64,000 nucleotides of DNA from an uncultured Thermoplasmata archaeon. GTDB lineage: Archaea; Thermoplasmatota; Thermoplasmata; Lutacidiplasmatales; UBA184. The notes below the pieces were generated by a model. That model was not told where the DNA came from, did not search any database, and saw only the letters and a list, made by a program, of their open reading frames with translations. The translations under genes and the position numbers were made by a program. Where the stretch lies: contig CAWJFK010000005.1 of NCBI GenBank assembly GCA_963842165.1, positions 198,070 to 262,069 on the forward strand, written 5' to 3'. Shown here piece by piece: positions 22,113-31,930 of this stretch (within the stretch, counting starts at the first letter, position 1; each line of letters starts with the position of its first letter).

Positions 22113-22386
22113 TCGCTAAACCCAGTCGCCTACCGGCAGATAAGTCTCCGGAAGGCAAAGTTGGCCGATTGATCAGGTTAGTGCGATTCCAGGGGAGATT
22201 ACCGAGCAGTCGACCCCCCCTGTAGGGTAGTTAAAACGTTCGAGGTTGACAAGTTCGCTGGGGCTTTCACAGTGGCGACAGATGACTTCGAACCGGTGAG
22301 GGACCTCGCTCGTGGGACCATCCGATGGACGTTCCTCGGTAAGGGATCGTCGGCGTCAGTCAATGGACAGGCGTGAGGGCGGTTCG

Positions 22387-23001
22387 ATGACGCGAAAGAT
22401 CACCGCAAGTCTCTACATGACCATCGACGGCCGCGGCGGGTTCCCGAAGTACCTTGGCTCCGACCGGCCGCAGAAGGAGCCCAACGACTTCTGGCGGGAG
22501 TTTTGGTTCAACCGGTTTGATGATGTGACCACGGTCATCATGGGTCGACGGTCCTTCGTCGGACACCGAGGATTCTGGAGCGAAAAGCATCGGAAGGAGA
22601 GCGACCCCCAGTTCTTCTGGGATTATTCGCGGTACCTCGACAAGGTCGACAAGGTCTGCCTGTCGCACCGTCTGAAGTCTCCCGGATGGGAGAACTCCCG
22701 GATTATGAAGGGCGACCTCTCCAAGATCGTGGCGAAACTGAAACGGGAGAAGGGGGGGAACATTATTGCGGAGGGGGGCCCCCGCCTCATCCTGGAGTTC
22801 ATGCGGCGCCGGTTGGCTGACGACTACTGGTTCATCGTTCAGCCGGTGGTTTGGGGTCAGGGTCCCCAATACTGGGGCTCCATGAAGGAACAGCTCACCC
22901 TCAAGCTCCTCTCGTCGAAGGTTCTCGAGGACGGCGAGTTGCTCCTCCATTACGAGACGGTCCGAAAGGCATTGTCGAAGCAGGATCTCCTGGGTTCGTA
23001 G
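22387..23001 (+). CDS. Dihydrofolate reductase-like / RibD C-terminal domain family protein (paralog 1 of 3)
   Basis: MTRKITASLYMTIDGRGG...VIMGRRSF...GGNIIAEGGPRLILEFMRRRLADDYWFIVQPVVWG. Confidence 0.8.
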   Translation: MTRKITASLYMTIDGRGGFPKYLGSDRPQKEPNDFWREFWFNRFDDVTTVIMGRRSFVGHRGFWSEKHRKESDPQFFWDYSRYLDKVDKVCLSHRLKSPGWENSRIMKGDLSKIVAKLKREKGGNIIAEGGPRLILEFMRRRLADDYWFIVQPVVWGQGPQYWGSMKEQLTLKLLSSKVLEDGELLLHYETVRKALSKQDLLGS

Positions 23002-23046
23002 GCACCGTACTCACATTGAACCCGCTACGGCAGCGCTGGCTTAGGT

Positions 23047-23068
23047 GCGTGCAACAAGCGTTGCACGC
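23047..23068. repeat. TGCA-box motif copy, perfect 8-bp inverted repeat
   Basis: GCGTGCAA-CAAGCG-TTGCACGC, in a convergent spacer (23001 + end, 23103 - end). Confidence 0.75.
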
Positions 23069-23102
23069 TCGGGTAGTCCGACGGTTGGCGCTAGCGGCCC
23101 CC

Positions 23103-23501
23103 TCACCGTGTGGTGATTTGCCGTAGGACCCAGCTGAGGATGCGCTCGGATCTTCGCTTGAGTTCCAACGCTTCCTTCTCGGTGAACACTCGAGCCTCGT
23201 ATTCTACCTGATTCTTCAATTCTAGGACGTCCGCGATCTGTCTGAGCGGTGTGTCGGCGTCCGGAAGATTCAGTTCGCCCACTATGCCCAGCACCCCGCC
23301 GTGACCGTGGCCGCTCCACCGCCTCCCGGCCAAGTGGATCGTGAGTGCATCACAGGCCGAGATCACGGAATGAACCCCTAAGAGTCCGACCGAATTCCAA
23401 GCCCTCTCGGCTGAGGCTCGCTCCATCTGCTGCGAAAACTCCCTTGCCCGGTCGAGGTAGACTATGTGACGAGACTTCGACAGGGATTCGGTCCGTGCCA
23501 T
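23103..23501 (-). CDS. HEPN domain protein (putative toxin partner of the upstream nucleotidyltransferase)
   Basis: 132 aa, helical. The candidate R-x4-H motif is in LAGRRWSGHGH. Its ATG lies 2 nt after the stop of the MNT gene. Confidence 0.7.
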   Translation of the reverse strand: MARTESLSKSRHIVYLDRAREFSQQMERASAERAWNSVGLLGVHSVISACDALTIHLAGRRWSGHGHGGVLGIVGELNLPDADTPLRQIADVLELKNQVEYEARVFTEKEALELKRRSERILSWVLRQITTR

Positions 23502-23503
23502 TG

Positions 23504-24103
23504 CTACCCCTCCCCCACTTCGGGGATGTCGATCCCCTCTTGGTCAATAGCCGCCATGAGGGCGGGATTGGGCGGTCGCCTCACCTTTGACGTGCTGTAA
23601 ATCAATGGCGCCATCGGGTTGCCGAATTTCTTCCATACGCGGTCTCGCGCCCTCGTTAGCGCGTCTTCAATCATAGGTCGCTCGGCAGCGCTCTTGATCT
23701 CTATGAAAACGTCGATATCGCTATCCTGTCGTTCGTCCCCGCGCGCCACCGACCCGAACAGGCGGGCCCTTCGGATCGGCTCTGAGCGGAGTTCCAACGA
23801 GAGTTCGTGAATCAGGTCTTGTCGAAGGCTCGCCTCTCGTTGGAACAGCTGCAGCAGCTGCGGGTAGAGGGCATTCGCTTGGTTCAGGAACCACGCGAAG
23901 GCTCGTCCGTGGACCTCAAAATCGACAACTCCAGCGTCCGATAGATCGTGGAGGTCTCGAGCCGCCTGGGCTGTTGAGACCCGAGCCTCCCCCGCAAGTT
24001 CTCGGCCAGTCCACTGCCTCGCAGGAGCCGAGAGGAGCTTCCTGAGTAAGCGCACCTTAGTGGCGCTGTCGAGCACGGGATCGAGGGCGGACGCGAACTT
24101 CAT
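23504..24103 (-). CDS. Winged-HTH plus minimal nucleotidyltransferase (MNT) domain protein
   Basis: N-terminal wHTH (VRLLRKLLSAPARQWTGRELAGEARVSTAQAARDLHDLSDAGVV) and NTase motif RLFGSVARGDERQDSDIDVFIEI. Confidence 0.75.
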   Translation of the reverse strand: MKFASALDPVLDSATKVRLLRKLLSAPARQWTGRELAGEARVSTAQAARDLHDLSDAGVVDFEVHGRAFAWFLNQANALYPQLLQLFQREASLRQDLIHELSLELRSEPIRRARLFGSVARGDERQDSDIDVFIEIKSAAERPMIEDALTRARDRVWKKFGNPMAPLIYSTSKVRRPPNPALMAAIDQEGIDIPEVGEG

Positions 24104-24274
24104 GGCGCTGAACAGAGACACATGTATCGTAGCGGATACATACGCCTTTGGGTCAGAACCACCCTTCCGACACCCGGCGGAGCTCGTCAGACCGCTCGAG
24201 AGTGGATGCGAGACGCGCTGCAACCAGCTGTGGGCAAGTCTTCGGGCGGTCCGCCCCGTCCACGTGCCTGAGAC

Positions 24275-24556
24275 TCAGTGAGGCGGGGCGGAAGGCGGGA
24301 CGCTCGAGGGAACATTGGCGCTCGCCTGTTTTGGTAAGTAGCGGTAGAGGAGATAGACAAGAATCGCAACGTACAGGATGACTCCCCCGACAATTGCTAT
24401 GAGGGTGTTCTCCCACACGCGTGAGGTTCCGTAGTCCTGCCAGTAACCGAGGAGACCGGAAACCACGATCGTGAAGACGAGACCCAGGGCAATCTGAAGT
24501 GTTGTGGGGCGTCGACGGTAGAACGCTACAGAGATGAGCCCTGGGATGATCATCAT
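24275..24556 (-). CDS. Small membrane protein (3 predicted TM segments)
   Basis: 93 aa: MMIIPGLISVAFY...LGLVFTIVVSGLLGYW...LIAIVGGVILYVAILVYLLY. Confidence 0.45.
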   Translation of the reverse strand: MMIIPGLISVAFYRRRPTTLQIALGLVFTIVVSGLLGYWQDYGTSRVWENTLIAIVGGVILYVAILVYLLYRYLPKQASANVPSSVPPSAPPH

Positions 24557-24848
24557 GCAGAGAGTCCGTTTAGGCGGTATAACGGGGCAACCGTCGGGTT
24601 AAGGCATGCCCCTCGCCCCGCCTTAAGAAAGTCCGGTCTATCTCGAGCGCAAACCTTCACCCCGCGCAGGGAATCGTTGCAATCTAGGATACACCTAAGC
24701 CCGATCCGGCCGCTCAGTACCAGTCCCTGTCCAAGTACGCTAGCGTGCTCACCACGATCGGTCAGGGCTGACCAGGGGGTCCCGGATCAGGCACGTAGGC
24801 GAACGCCAGAGGGCCGCCGGGCTCTCGAGACGCCCGGCCCGGCGACTT

Positions 24849-25984
24849 CTAGCTCACAACGTACACCGTGTTGGTCCCAACGCCCACCACAAACATCTCG
24901 TCGCTGTACTCGTTGTCCGCGATTCCTGCGGGGTACGATCCGGCCGGGAGCTTGATCGTTTTCAGGACGGCCCCGTAGAATCCACCGATTACGCTCACGC
25001 TGTGCGAGCCATAGTTCGTCACATACATGTGGAGATTCGCCGAATCGAAGGCCATTCCGAGGGGGTTGGAACCGACGGAAATTGACGCCGTCCCGCCCGC
25101 GCAGATTGCGCACGTGACGGTCACGTTGCCTGAGCCGTAATCTGCGACAAAGGTGGTGCCCGCATTGGCCAGGAACCCGGCGATGTACGGGTCGTAGGCG
25201 ACGCCGTAGGGGTCGCTTCCTACAGGGACGAACGAGACCGAAGGAGTGATCGCATAGTACCCGAAAAGGCGCTCAGCTCGTTGCTCCCATAGTCGGTCAC
25301 CACCATCTGGTCGTCGAATGGGGAATAGGCAATCTCGGTTGGGACGTGACCACCGATGCTGAAGGTCCCATCGAGCACATACTCGTCCGAGGGAGCCATG
25401 GAAGTGACGGTGCCGTCCCCTTGGTTCGTCACGTACATGAATCCGTCATCCGGATCGTAGGCGATTCCGTGCGGCGCGTTGAAGTGGCAACCAAGGAAAG
25501 AACTGGCGCAACTGGAGTTGCTGATGGTGTCCTTCAACTTCGTGCCGTTGATGATGTAGACCTGATTCAGGGCGCCGTCCACCACATACATTTGGCCGTC
25601 GGAAGGGTCGAACGCCAAACCCCTGGGCGCCGCGCCCGAGGGGAGCGCGATGTTGGTCTTTACGTGGCAGGCCCCGTTGGCCAATGAGTCGTTCAACACA
25701 ACTACATACCCTGATAGAGTGGATACGTACACGTAGTGATTCACGGGATCATACGCGTCAAACACCGGACTTGACTTGACCACACATTTGGCCGTAATTC
25801 CGGTGCTGGGAGGTGGCGGGATTGCGACCCGACCTCCGAGCCCCGGAGGGAAGGAACCAGGGGAGTGGGGTGCGGATATGGGTCCACCGACCCCGATGAC
25901 GGAAGGTGCCAACGCCCCTCCGGCGAGCATGAGGAGAGCAATGGCTGCGCACCCACCTAAGACACCCACTCGTAGAGCGGTCAA
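24849..25984 (-). CDS. Secreted YVTN/YncE-like beta-propeller repeat protein, frameshift near 25255
   Basis: Signal anchor GGCAAIALLMLAGGALA. Repeats are HYVYVSTLSGYVVV, GQMYVVDGALNQVYII, GFMYVTNQGDGTVT and DQMVVTDYGSNELSAF. The next frame continues YYAITPSVSFVPVGSDPYGVAYDP...LHMYVTNYGSHSVSVI. Confidence 0.7.
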
Positions 25985-26522
25985 GGCCTCACCCCGTTCG
26001 AGGGGGATGCCGGACCCTCGGACCGAATTGTGTCACACCGCGTTCTGACCGGAAGAGGTTCGGACCCGTCGAACGACCGCATGCGGCGGTATCTGGATTC
26101 CAATACTTAGACTCGGCCAGACGTGCGGTTTTGGCGCGATCTATTCCCGTGCACTTCCCGCCGCGGGCCCGAACGCGCACCCTGACCGAGGGGTCTCTGA
26201 AGCGAATCTCGGAGCGCCCCTTCGGACGGAGAAACTACATGACCGACACACTTTCGCTCTGTGGACTAACTCGCGTTCGGCCAAGGAAGGTGCAGGATGT
26301 GTTGCACCGGCGGTCGACCAGGTGGTCGGGGGAGTGTGCCTCGCAGTTAAGCGGGCCTCGCCACGGGGGGCTTGAGGGTTGCTTCCAGCGGCAGGGGTAT
26401 GCGGTGCTAATTTGCCTCGCGCATCCGCATGTGCAGTCGGGAGGCCCTGAGTCCGGGAGCGGACGGTGTACTCGCGGGCGTCGAGGCCATCCTCGACGAC
26501 CTCTAGGCTGCGACCAGCAATA

Positions 26523-28124
26523 TCAATCGCTGGGCGAGCCGGTGTACGAGTGCCCACGCACACGCACGACCCGGCCATTCAATCGCTGGTCCGGACCCAA
26601 CGCGCCCTCTTCGCTCCGGTCCAGAAAGCCCGGGCTCTTAGGCAAAGGATGCCACCAGAACGCGACCCGGGAAGAACGAACGGAAAGCCCCTGGCGCTGG
26701 GCTTCGACCACCAGGGCGTTGGCGGCATCGAACGGCACGGTCGTTTCTCGCCGTACCCGGCGCGCCTGGGGTTCGAACACGTCCACCCACTGGCGGTGAA
26801 CTCGTCGCGGGTCACCCTTCGGTAGGACCTTCTCTGGGTCGCCGAGGTACTCGCAAACGTCGAATTTCGCCGAGGGGTCCACCCATCGTACCTGCAGGGC
26901 CGGGCCATTCTTGCGAATGAATGTGAAACCGCCCTCGTCCACCCGGAGCGAGGTCACGAAACTGAGTCGCATTTGCCGATACCAGAGCGCCAGAGGAACG
27001 ATCAGGACCAGAGAAAGGCCTAGCAAGAGCTCCCCGGTGGAAGCATTTCCCCCGAGAAAGCCGTAGAACGATAGCACGCCCATCGCCACGAGAAACCCAG
27101 CCGCCCCGCAGTAGGTGTAGAAGTACACACCTTGCGACGACCGCGTCCCCCTCCGCTCCATGGCGAGGTCAGCATTCAGGTCGAAATTCGCCGGCAAACC
27201 GGTCAGGGGATGCGAGGTCGTGGAGGATTGGACCGTCATTGGACCGGCTGCCGGATTCTGTGTGGGCTCCCTAGGCAACGGCGTACCGAGCGGCTCGAAT
27301 CCCGGCGCACTGAGGGCGACCGCTGTCCCCTCATTCTTAAGGGTCGCCCGCACACTATCCCGCCAAGTGGTGAGCGCCTTTCGCGCGGCACCAAATCCCA
27401 CGAGGGAGCCGATCGCCGCTACCAGTCCAAGGAACACAGGCCACCCCTCAAGCCACGTCGGGTACCGGACGGTCGTTCCGAAGACGAACACGAGCCCGGG
27501 TGCCAAGGTGAATCCGGCAGTCGCAGTCACCCAGCGTCGGAACCTGTACGCAACCGCAGGTCCTGAAACGGGTGCGGCGCGAAGGACCCTTTCGAGAACG
27601 TTAGCTACCGTGACGAGGAGTAGAGCAACAAAAGCCAACGTGACAAGCACGACGGAACTAGCAACACGGAGAGCACCCCAGTACGCCGTCGTATCGCCCG
27701 CGACGGACCCGGCGGCGACTACGAACCCCGTAGAAACATAGCCGAGCAGCCCGGTGACTACACTCAGCGCGGCAAGAAGCGTCGTTTCTCGCCGCGAAAC
27801 TCCAAGCGGCGGCACCAGCGCTGAACTTCTCGCGGCTGCCCAGCCCGCCCGCGAACCGTGGAACGCCGCTATCCACGCGAGGATTGGTAGGAGCAGTATC
27901 AGGATGATGGAGAACTGGGCCGACACAATCCCCGCCTCGAAGAGGCCATGCGGTGGGGTTCCAGCGAAGACCAAGATGACGATGAATAATGGAAGGGTGA
28001 GGTTTAGCAAGGCAAAGAGGGCCAACGCGAGGACCGCCATGGTTAGGGATCGATAGTAGAGATTGAGGATGTGGCTTAGGTCGTCCAGTGATGAATCGGA
28101 GGTGGTTGACTCAACTGTGATCAC
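26523..28124 (-). CDS. Large polytopic membrane protein with a C-terminal soluble domain (no family assigned)
   Basis: 533-aa ORF with at least 10 hydrophobic segments. Its C-terminal region, about 150 aa and starting at LRVDEGGFTFIRKNGPALQVRWVDPSAKFDV, resembles the C-terminal part of 62222-62866. Confidence 0.55.
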   Translation of the reverse strand: MITVESTTSDSSLDDLSHILNLYYRSLTMAVLALALFALLNLTLPLFIVILVFAGTPPHGLFEAGIVSAQFSIILILLLPILAWIAAFHGSRAGWAAARSSALVPPLGVSRRETTLLAALSVVTGLLGYVSTGFVVAAGSVAGDTTAYWGALRVASSVVLVTLAFVALLLVTVANVLERVLRAAPVSGPAVAYRFRRWVTATAGFTLAPGLVFVFGTTVRYPTWLEGWPVFLGLVAAIGSLVGFGAARKALTTWRDSVRATLKNEGTAVALSAPGFEPLGTPLPREPTQNPAAGPMTVQSSTTSHPLTGLPANFDLNADLAMERRGTRSSQGVYFYTYCGAAGFLVAMGVLSFYGFLGGNASTGELLLGLSLVLIVPLALWYRQMRLSFVTSLRVDEGGFTFIRKNGPALQVRWVDPSAKFDVCEYLGDPEKVLPKGDPRRVHRQWVDVFEPQARRVRRETTVPFDAANALVVEAQRQGLSVRSSRVAFWWHPLPKSPGFLDRSEEGALGPDQRLNGRVVRVRGHSYTGSPSD

Positions 28125-28451
28125 GTTCGCAACCTTGGACAGCGATGCTGAGGTACCGCCTGATCGCCAGGTAGATCTGGAACCAATTTACGCTTGGGGC
28201 GGAGGACGACTATGATCGCAATTGCGAATCACCTGTCTCTGATCCGAGGCGCGGCGAGAAGTTGATTGGCTGTGGAGACGGTAGTTGAAATCTCGGTTGC
28301 ACACCCGAGACGGAAACCCTCTCGTCCCCCCCCAATTTGCACGTCGAGATCCGAGGGATGCGCGGCCTCGGAGCTTGGGCAGTTATATCCTAAACCACGA
28401 TTCGCATTCGAAGGAGGGTCGAGGACCCATCCCGGCCGAATGCCAGGAGAC

Positions 28452-29225
28452 ATGGTTGCGAAAAGGCACAGGCGAGAGACCCGGCAGCGGGAATCATCGA
28501 CCAGCCGGCCACCAGAGGACGAAGCCGATGGCCTTCAGGGGCTTCACACGGGCCAAGAAGATCTCGCCGAGGGCCGACTTCTAATCGCCACCCTGCGCGC
28601 CCGCCTTCCAAGAACCGTCGGAATCGGGATGTTCACGTCGAGACACCCGGAGACCTCAATCGAAGTCTTGAACCGCTCCGATGTCAGCAAGGACGTTTCG
28701 GTATCAGACTATTGGATCAGCGGTCATCCCCCGGGAATCTGGACACGAGAGATCGCAACCTATCCCGACGTACTGAAGGTCGATTGCCTCAGCGAGGTTG
28801 GGGAAGGATGTCTCTACCGGATTACCTTCCGGAACCCGCCAGTCATTCCTCTGTTCCGAGAGCTTGGGATACCGATTCATTTTCCTCTTCGCATTCAAGC
28901 AGGCTTCATTCGTTGGGAGGTCGTGGCGAGACGTTCCGAGGCACAAGCCATTCTGACACACTTCCGGAAGACTGATTCGGGTTTCCAGGTCGTTTCCATC
29001 CGCCGTCAGCGATTGCGTAGCCACCTCCCATTGTTCACCCAAGCCCAGAACCAGTTGCTGGTTCAGGCGATGGCCGCGGGCTACTTCGCGGTCCCACGCG
29101 GGATCACGCTTACTGCCCTGGCTGGTAAGCTGGGTAAGAGCAAGTCCTCGCTATCCGAGATGATGGCGAACATCGAGAAGAAACTCCTTGAAAGCACATT
29201 GAACTCCACTTCTTTCTCGCCCTAG
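28452..29225 (+). CDS. HTH_10 (Bat-type) DNA-binding regulator; start uncertain
   Basis: The C-terminus LFTQAQNQLLVQAMAAGYFAVPRGITLTALAGKLGKSKSSLSEMMANIEKKLL matches the archaeal bacterio-opsin-activator HTH pattern (Y/F-F-x-x-P-R...L...LG-I/K-S...). Possible starts are 28440, 28452 and 28629. Confidence 0.65.
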   Translation: MVAKRHRRETRQRESSTSRPPEDEADGLQGLHTGQEDLAEGRLLIATLRARLPRTVGIGMFTSRHPETSIEVLNRSDVSKDVSVSDYWISGHPPGIWTREIATYPDVLKVDCLSEVGEGCLYRITFRNPPVIPLFRELGIPIHFPLRIQAGFIRWEVVARRSEAQAILTHFRKTDSGFQVVSIRRQRLRSHLPLFTQAQNQLLVQAMAAGYFAVPRGITLTALAGKLGKSKSSLSEMMANIEKKLLESTLNSTSFSP

Positions 29226-29276
29226 TCAAGGCGGGGGATGACCCGCATGGAAGATTCTCAGGCGGAGGCTGCAGTG

Positions 29277-29300
29277 TAACTGCAACGGCGGTTGCACCCA
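29277..29300 (+). repeat. Intergenic TGCA-box motif copy
   Basis: TAACTGCAACGGCGGTTGCACCCA. Confidence 0.75.
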
Positions 29301-29449
29301 TTGAACACTCACGCCCCGAACCGGAGCGATTTCATGCGATTGTGGGTGCGCCCAATCACCGTCTACGATACCTATTGGCGATTCCCTCCGGTTGAGGGCG
29401 GAGCGTCCGTCCCATAGGTCCATAACCCTCTCAGAACATCGTTACTCTG

Positions 29450-30250
29450 ATGGCAACCCAGTTCTGCGCGAATTGTGGCACTTCATTGCCCTTTGACGCC
29501 CAGTTTTGCTCGAAGTGCGGGAAACCGGTCGTCGCGACTCCGTCAACTTCTGAAGTGACGGGTCCACAAGCATCTCCCCTTCCCAGTGGCGGGTACCCGC
29601 CCCCCATATCGGCAACCTCCACCATCTCGCCGGCGGCCGGCTCCGCGTCCGCCGGTGGGCTGGGTGAGCTTCTCGGGTTGCGGGGCCATGCGAACTTCCT
29701 GGTTCAGCACGAGGTCCTTTCGCTCGGACACAGCTATCGAGTAATGGACCCTGGTAAGAATTCCCTGTTCACGGTTAGGGGCGATGCTGGAAAGAATCTT
29801 GGCGGGAATGCCCTAAGCAGTCTGATGGGCGGTTCCGGCTCCTACTTGGGACGCATGGCGGCCCGAAGTGTGGACATGACATACTCGTTGGTTAACGCCC
29901 AGGGCGCTGTTCTCGGGTCGATCCATAAGGAGGGGGGTGCGAACCGCTCCCGATTCACGTTGGTGGATTCCGTCGGCCAGCCCCAGGTAGTCATCATCCT
30001 GGAGCGGGGGCTTGTGGGCGGAATCACCGCTACCGCGACGTCCCCCGACGGACGGCCGATGCTGCAGACCGGCGGAAACTTGGTACGTCACAACTTCATG
30101 ATCAAGGATCCCGGGGGAAGGGAGCTCGCGAAGGTTCACGAGGCGTGGGTCGCCGTGCGGGATACGTACAATATCGACATGATCGGGGACATTGACCCCC
30201 TCTACCCTCTGGTCTTCACGATTCTCATCGATTTTGAGAAGGTCAAGTAA
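29450..30250 (+). CDS. Zinc-ribbon plus LURP-one-related (LOR/tubby-like, DUF567) domain protein
   Basis: N-terminus FCANCGTSLPFDAQFCSKCG (CxxC-x10-CxxC), a P/S-rich linker, then a beta-rich domain ending DPLYPLVFTILIDFEKVK. Confidence 0.65.
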   Translation: MATQFCANCGTSLPFDAQFCSKCGKPVVATPSTSEVTGPQASPLPSGGYPPPISATSTISPAAGSASAGGLGELLGLRGHANFLVQHEVLSLGHSYRVMDPGKNSLFTVRGDAGKNLGGNALSSLMGGSGSYLGRMAARSVDMTYSLVNAQGAVLGSIHKEGGANRSRFTLVDSVGQPQVVIILERGLVGGITATATSPDGRPMLQTGGNLVRHNFMIKDPGGRELAKVHEAWVAVRDTYNIDMIGDIDPLYPLVFTILIDFEKVK

Positions 30251-30393
30251 TCGAGACTGTGGGAAGTCAAGTGGGTCCCGGGTTGCGGCCCGAACCGCCT
30301 CGCCTCGAGTTCCCTTCCTATTCCGGAGAGCGTGGTCTGTCACCTTGGCCCTGAGGGCCTTGCCGTTCGAGGGCAAATGGGTGCAAACGGCCC

Positions 30394-31174
30394 TCAGCAA
30401 CCACCTGTGACGTCGACTGAACGTCGATCCGCTACTCTTGTAATAGTAGGTAGTTCCCCCGAAGATCGCGGAGATGATCGAGGAGCCGCACGTGTTATCC
30501 GAGGGATGCCAGGTGAACGTGCAGGTGCCTTTCGAAGAGAGGGTGCACGTCCCCTTGTTCGAGAACGATCCTCCTCCCGAGCTCGAGAAGTGGAGCTTCC
30601 CGGCGGGGTATTTCGAGTTGTTCCAAAGGTTGGTGACTTTTGCGGTGCAGGTCGTCTTGCCTGCGACGTTGACGCTCGCCGGGGAGCAGGACAAGGTGGT
30701 CGAGGTCGGTGCAGCTTTGGTAAACTCAACGACGATCGTCCCGTTGTCGGTCGTGTAAGTGTAGGTGCATCCCCCGCCCCGGCCACTGTGACCATGGCAG
30801 GTGATGGTGTAGTTGGAGTCTGTGATCCCGTAGATGACCTTCCCGGTGTTCAGGTCCGTACCGAAAAAATTGCCGATCGTCCAGTAGGTGTAGGTACCGT
30901 TGAGCCTCTCGATGAAGGTCCAGTACGTGAGATTAGTGGATGTCTTCAGTTCCCCGGGGAGCTTCACTGACATCGATCCGGCGTGAAGGTAACCGCTACT
31001 GGTCCCGTTCGCCCAGCCCTTGCCGGCCGAAGTATTGAAGGCGAAGTCGCAACTCCAGTTCGAGCTGCACGTCGTGATTACCCCGTTCATTGGGGCGGTG
31101 GCCCCTGCAGCGGGCAGCAGGGCGAGAAGGAGCAAACCGACGGTACCCACCAAGCCGACCCTCAAGAGTCGCAT
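30394..31174 (-). CDS. Secreted Cys/Thr/Gly-rich Ig-like domain protein, probable frameshift near 30415
   Basis: Signal peptide MRLLRVGLVGTVGLLLLALLPAAGATAP. Contains TSTTLSCSPASVNVAGKTTCTAKVTN...GTCTLSSKGTCTFTW. A frame switch after SGSTFS gives VDVTGGC-stop at 30394. The 472-aa run-on ORF overlaps the + gene 29450-30250. Confidence 0.55.
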
Positions 31175-31361
31175 GCTTTTGGCAGAAATGGGGGTGGTTA
31201 AACGAACCCCCCCCGTTCCGGAAGCGGTCAATCGAGGAGGGCCAACGGCGATTGCACCAACCTGCCCCCGCGGTAATCAGAGATTTGGGTGCTGAGGGGC
31301 CTCGCTCCTGACGAGAAACGACAGTTTGAATAACGGCAATTTCCTGTCCCCTCGAGAGCCC

Positions 31362-31652
31362 ATGCCGGCTTACGTAGTTGCGGACGTGCAATGGCACGAC
31401 GAGGTGCAGCATGCGAAGGAGAGCGAAGACTTCCTTCAGATCCTGGAAAGATTCGGTGGTCGGTTCCTCGTGTCGTCCAAGAATCCAGAGACGGTCGAAG
31501 GACGCATGAAGTTCCGGACCTTGGTGATCCTCGAATTCCCAAGCAAGCAAGCGTTCCGATCGTGGTACGATTCAAAGGAGTACGCTACAAACAAGTCGAT
31601 TCGCCTGAAGTTCGCAGACACTAATGCCGTAGTAGCCGATACCGGGGATTGA
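31362..31652 (+). CDS. DUF1330 domain protein (paralog 1)
   Basis: MPAYVVADVQWHDEVQHAKE...FGGRFLV...LVILEFPSKQAFRSWYDSKEY. The paralog is at 54614-54910. Confidence 0.8.
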   Translation: MPAYVVADVQWHDEVQHAKESEDFLQILERFGGRFLVSSKNPETVEGRMKFRTLVILEFPSKQAFRSWYDSKEYATNKSIRLKFADTNAVVADTGD

Positions 31653-31770
31653 TTCCCCTCTCACCGAGCCGCCCATAGTTGGGTCGCTGAGATCGCCGGG
31701 GTTTGTTCGCAAGGCAGGGCGAGAAGTCTTGCCTCGTAGGCCACACGATTCCCGATATGATCGGCGACGG

Positions 31771-31794
31771 CTGATGCAAGCGCGATTGCACCCA
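31771..31794 (+). repeat. Intergenic TGCA-box motif copy
   Basis: CTGATGCAAGCGCGATTGCACCCA, in a convergent spacer. Confidence 0.75.
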
Positions 31795-31930
31795 CCACAT
31801 GAGATCAATCGACGTTGTGTCCGGATGTGGCCGAGCCAGCATTCGCACTTGATTCTGGTGGCAGGGCACGTATCGTCCTAGCTCGTCGCCCCCCGCGAAA
31901 CTCCAGGTACAAAGCGAGTGGAACGCCTTG

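Noticed and set aside
29813-30393. The C-terminal 190 aa of the 472-aa minus-strand ORF, which overlaps the + gene 29450-30250.
   Set aside because: This part is R/P/G-rich and not protein-like, and it lies antisense to a well-supported gene. A frame switch gives a natural stop at 30394.
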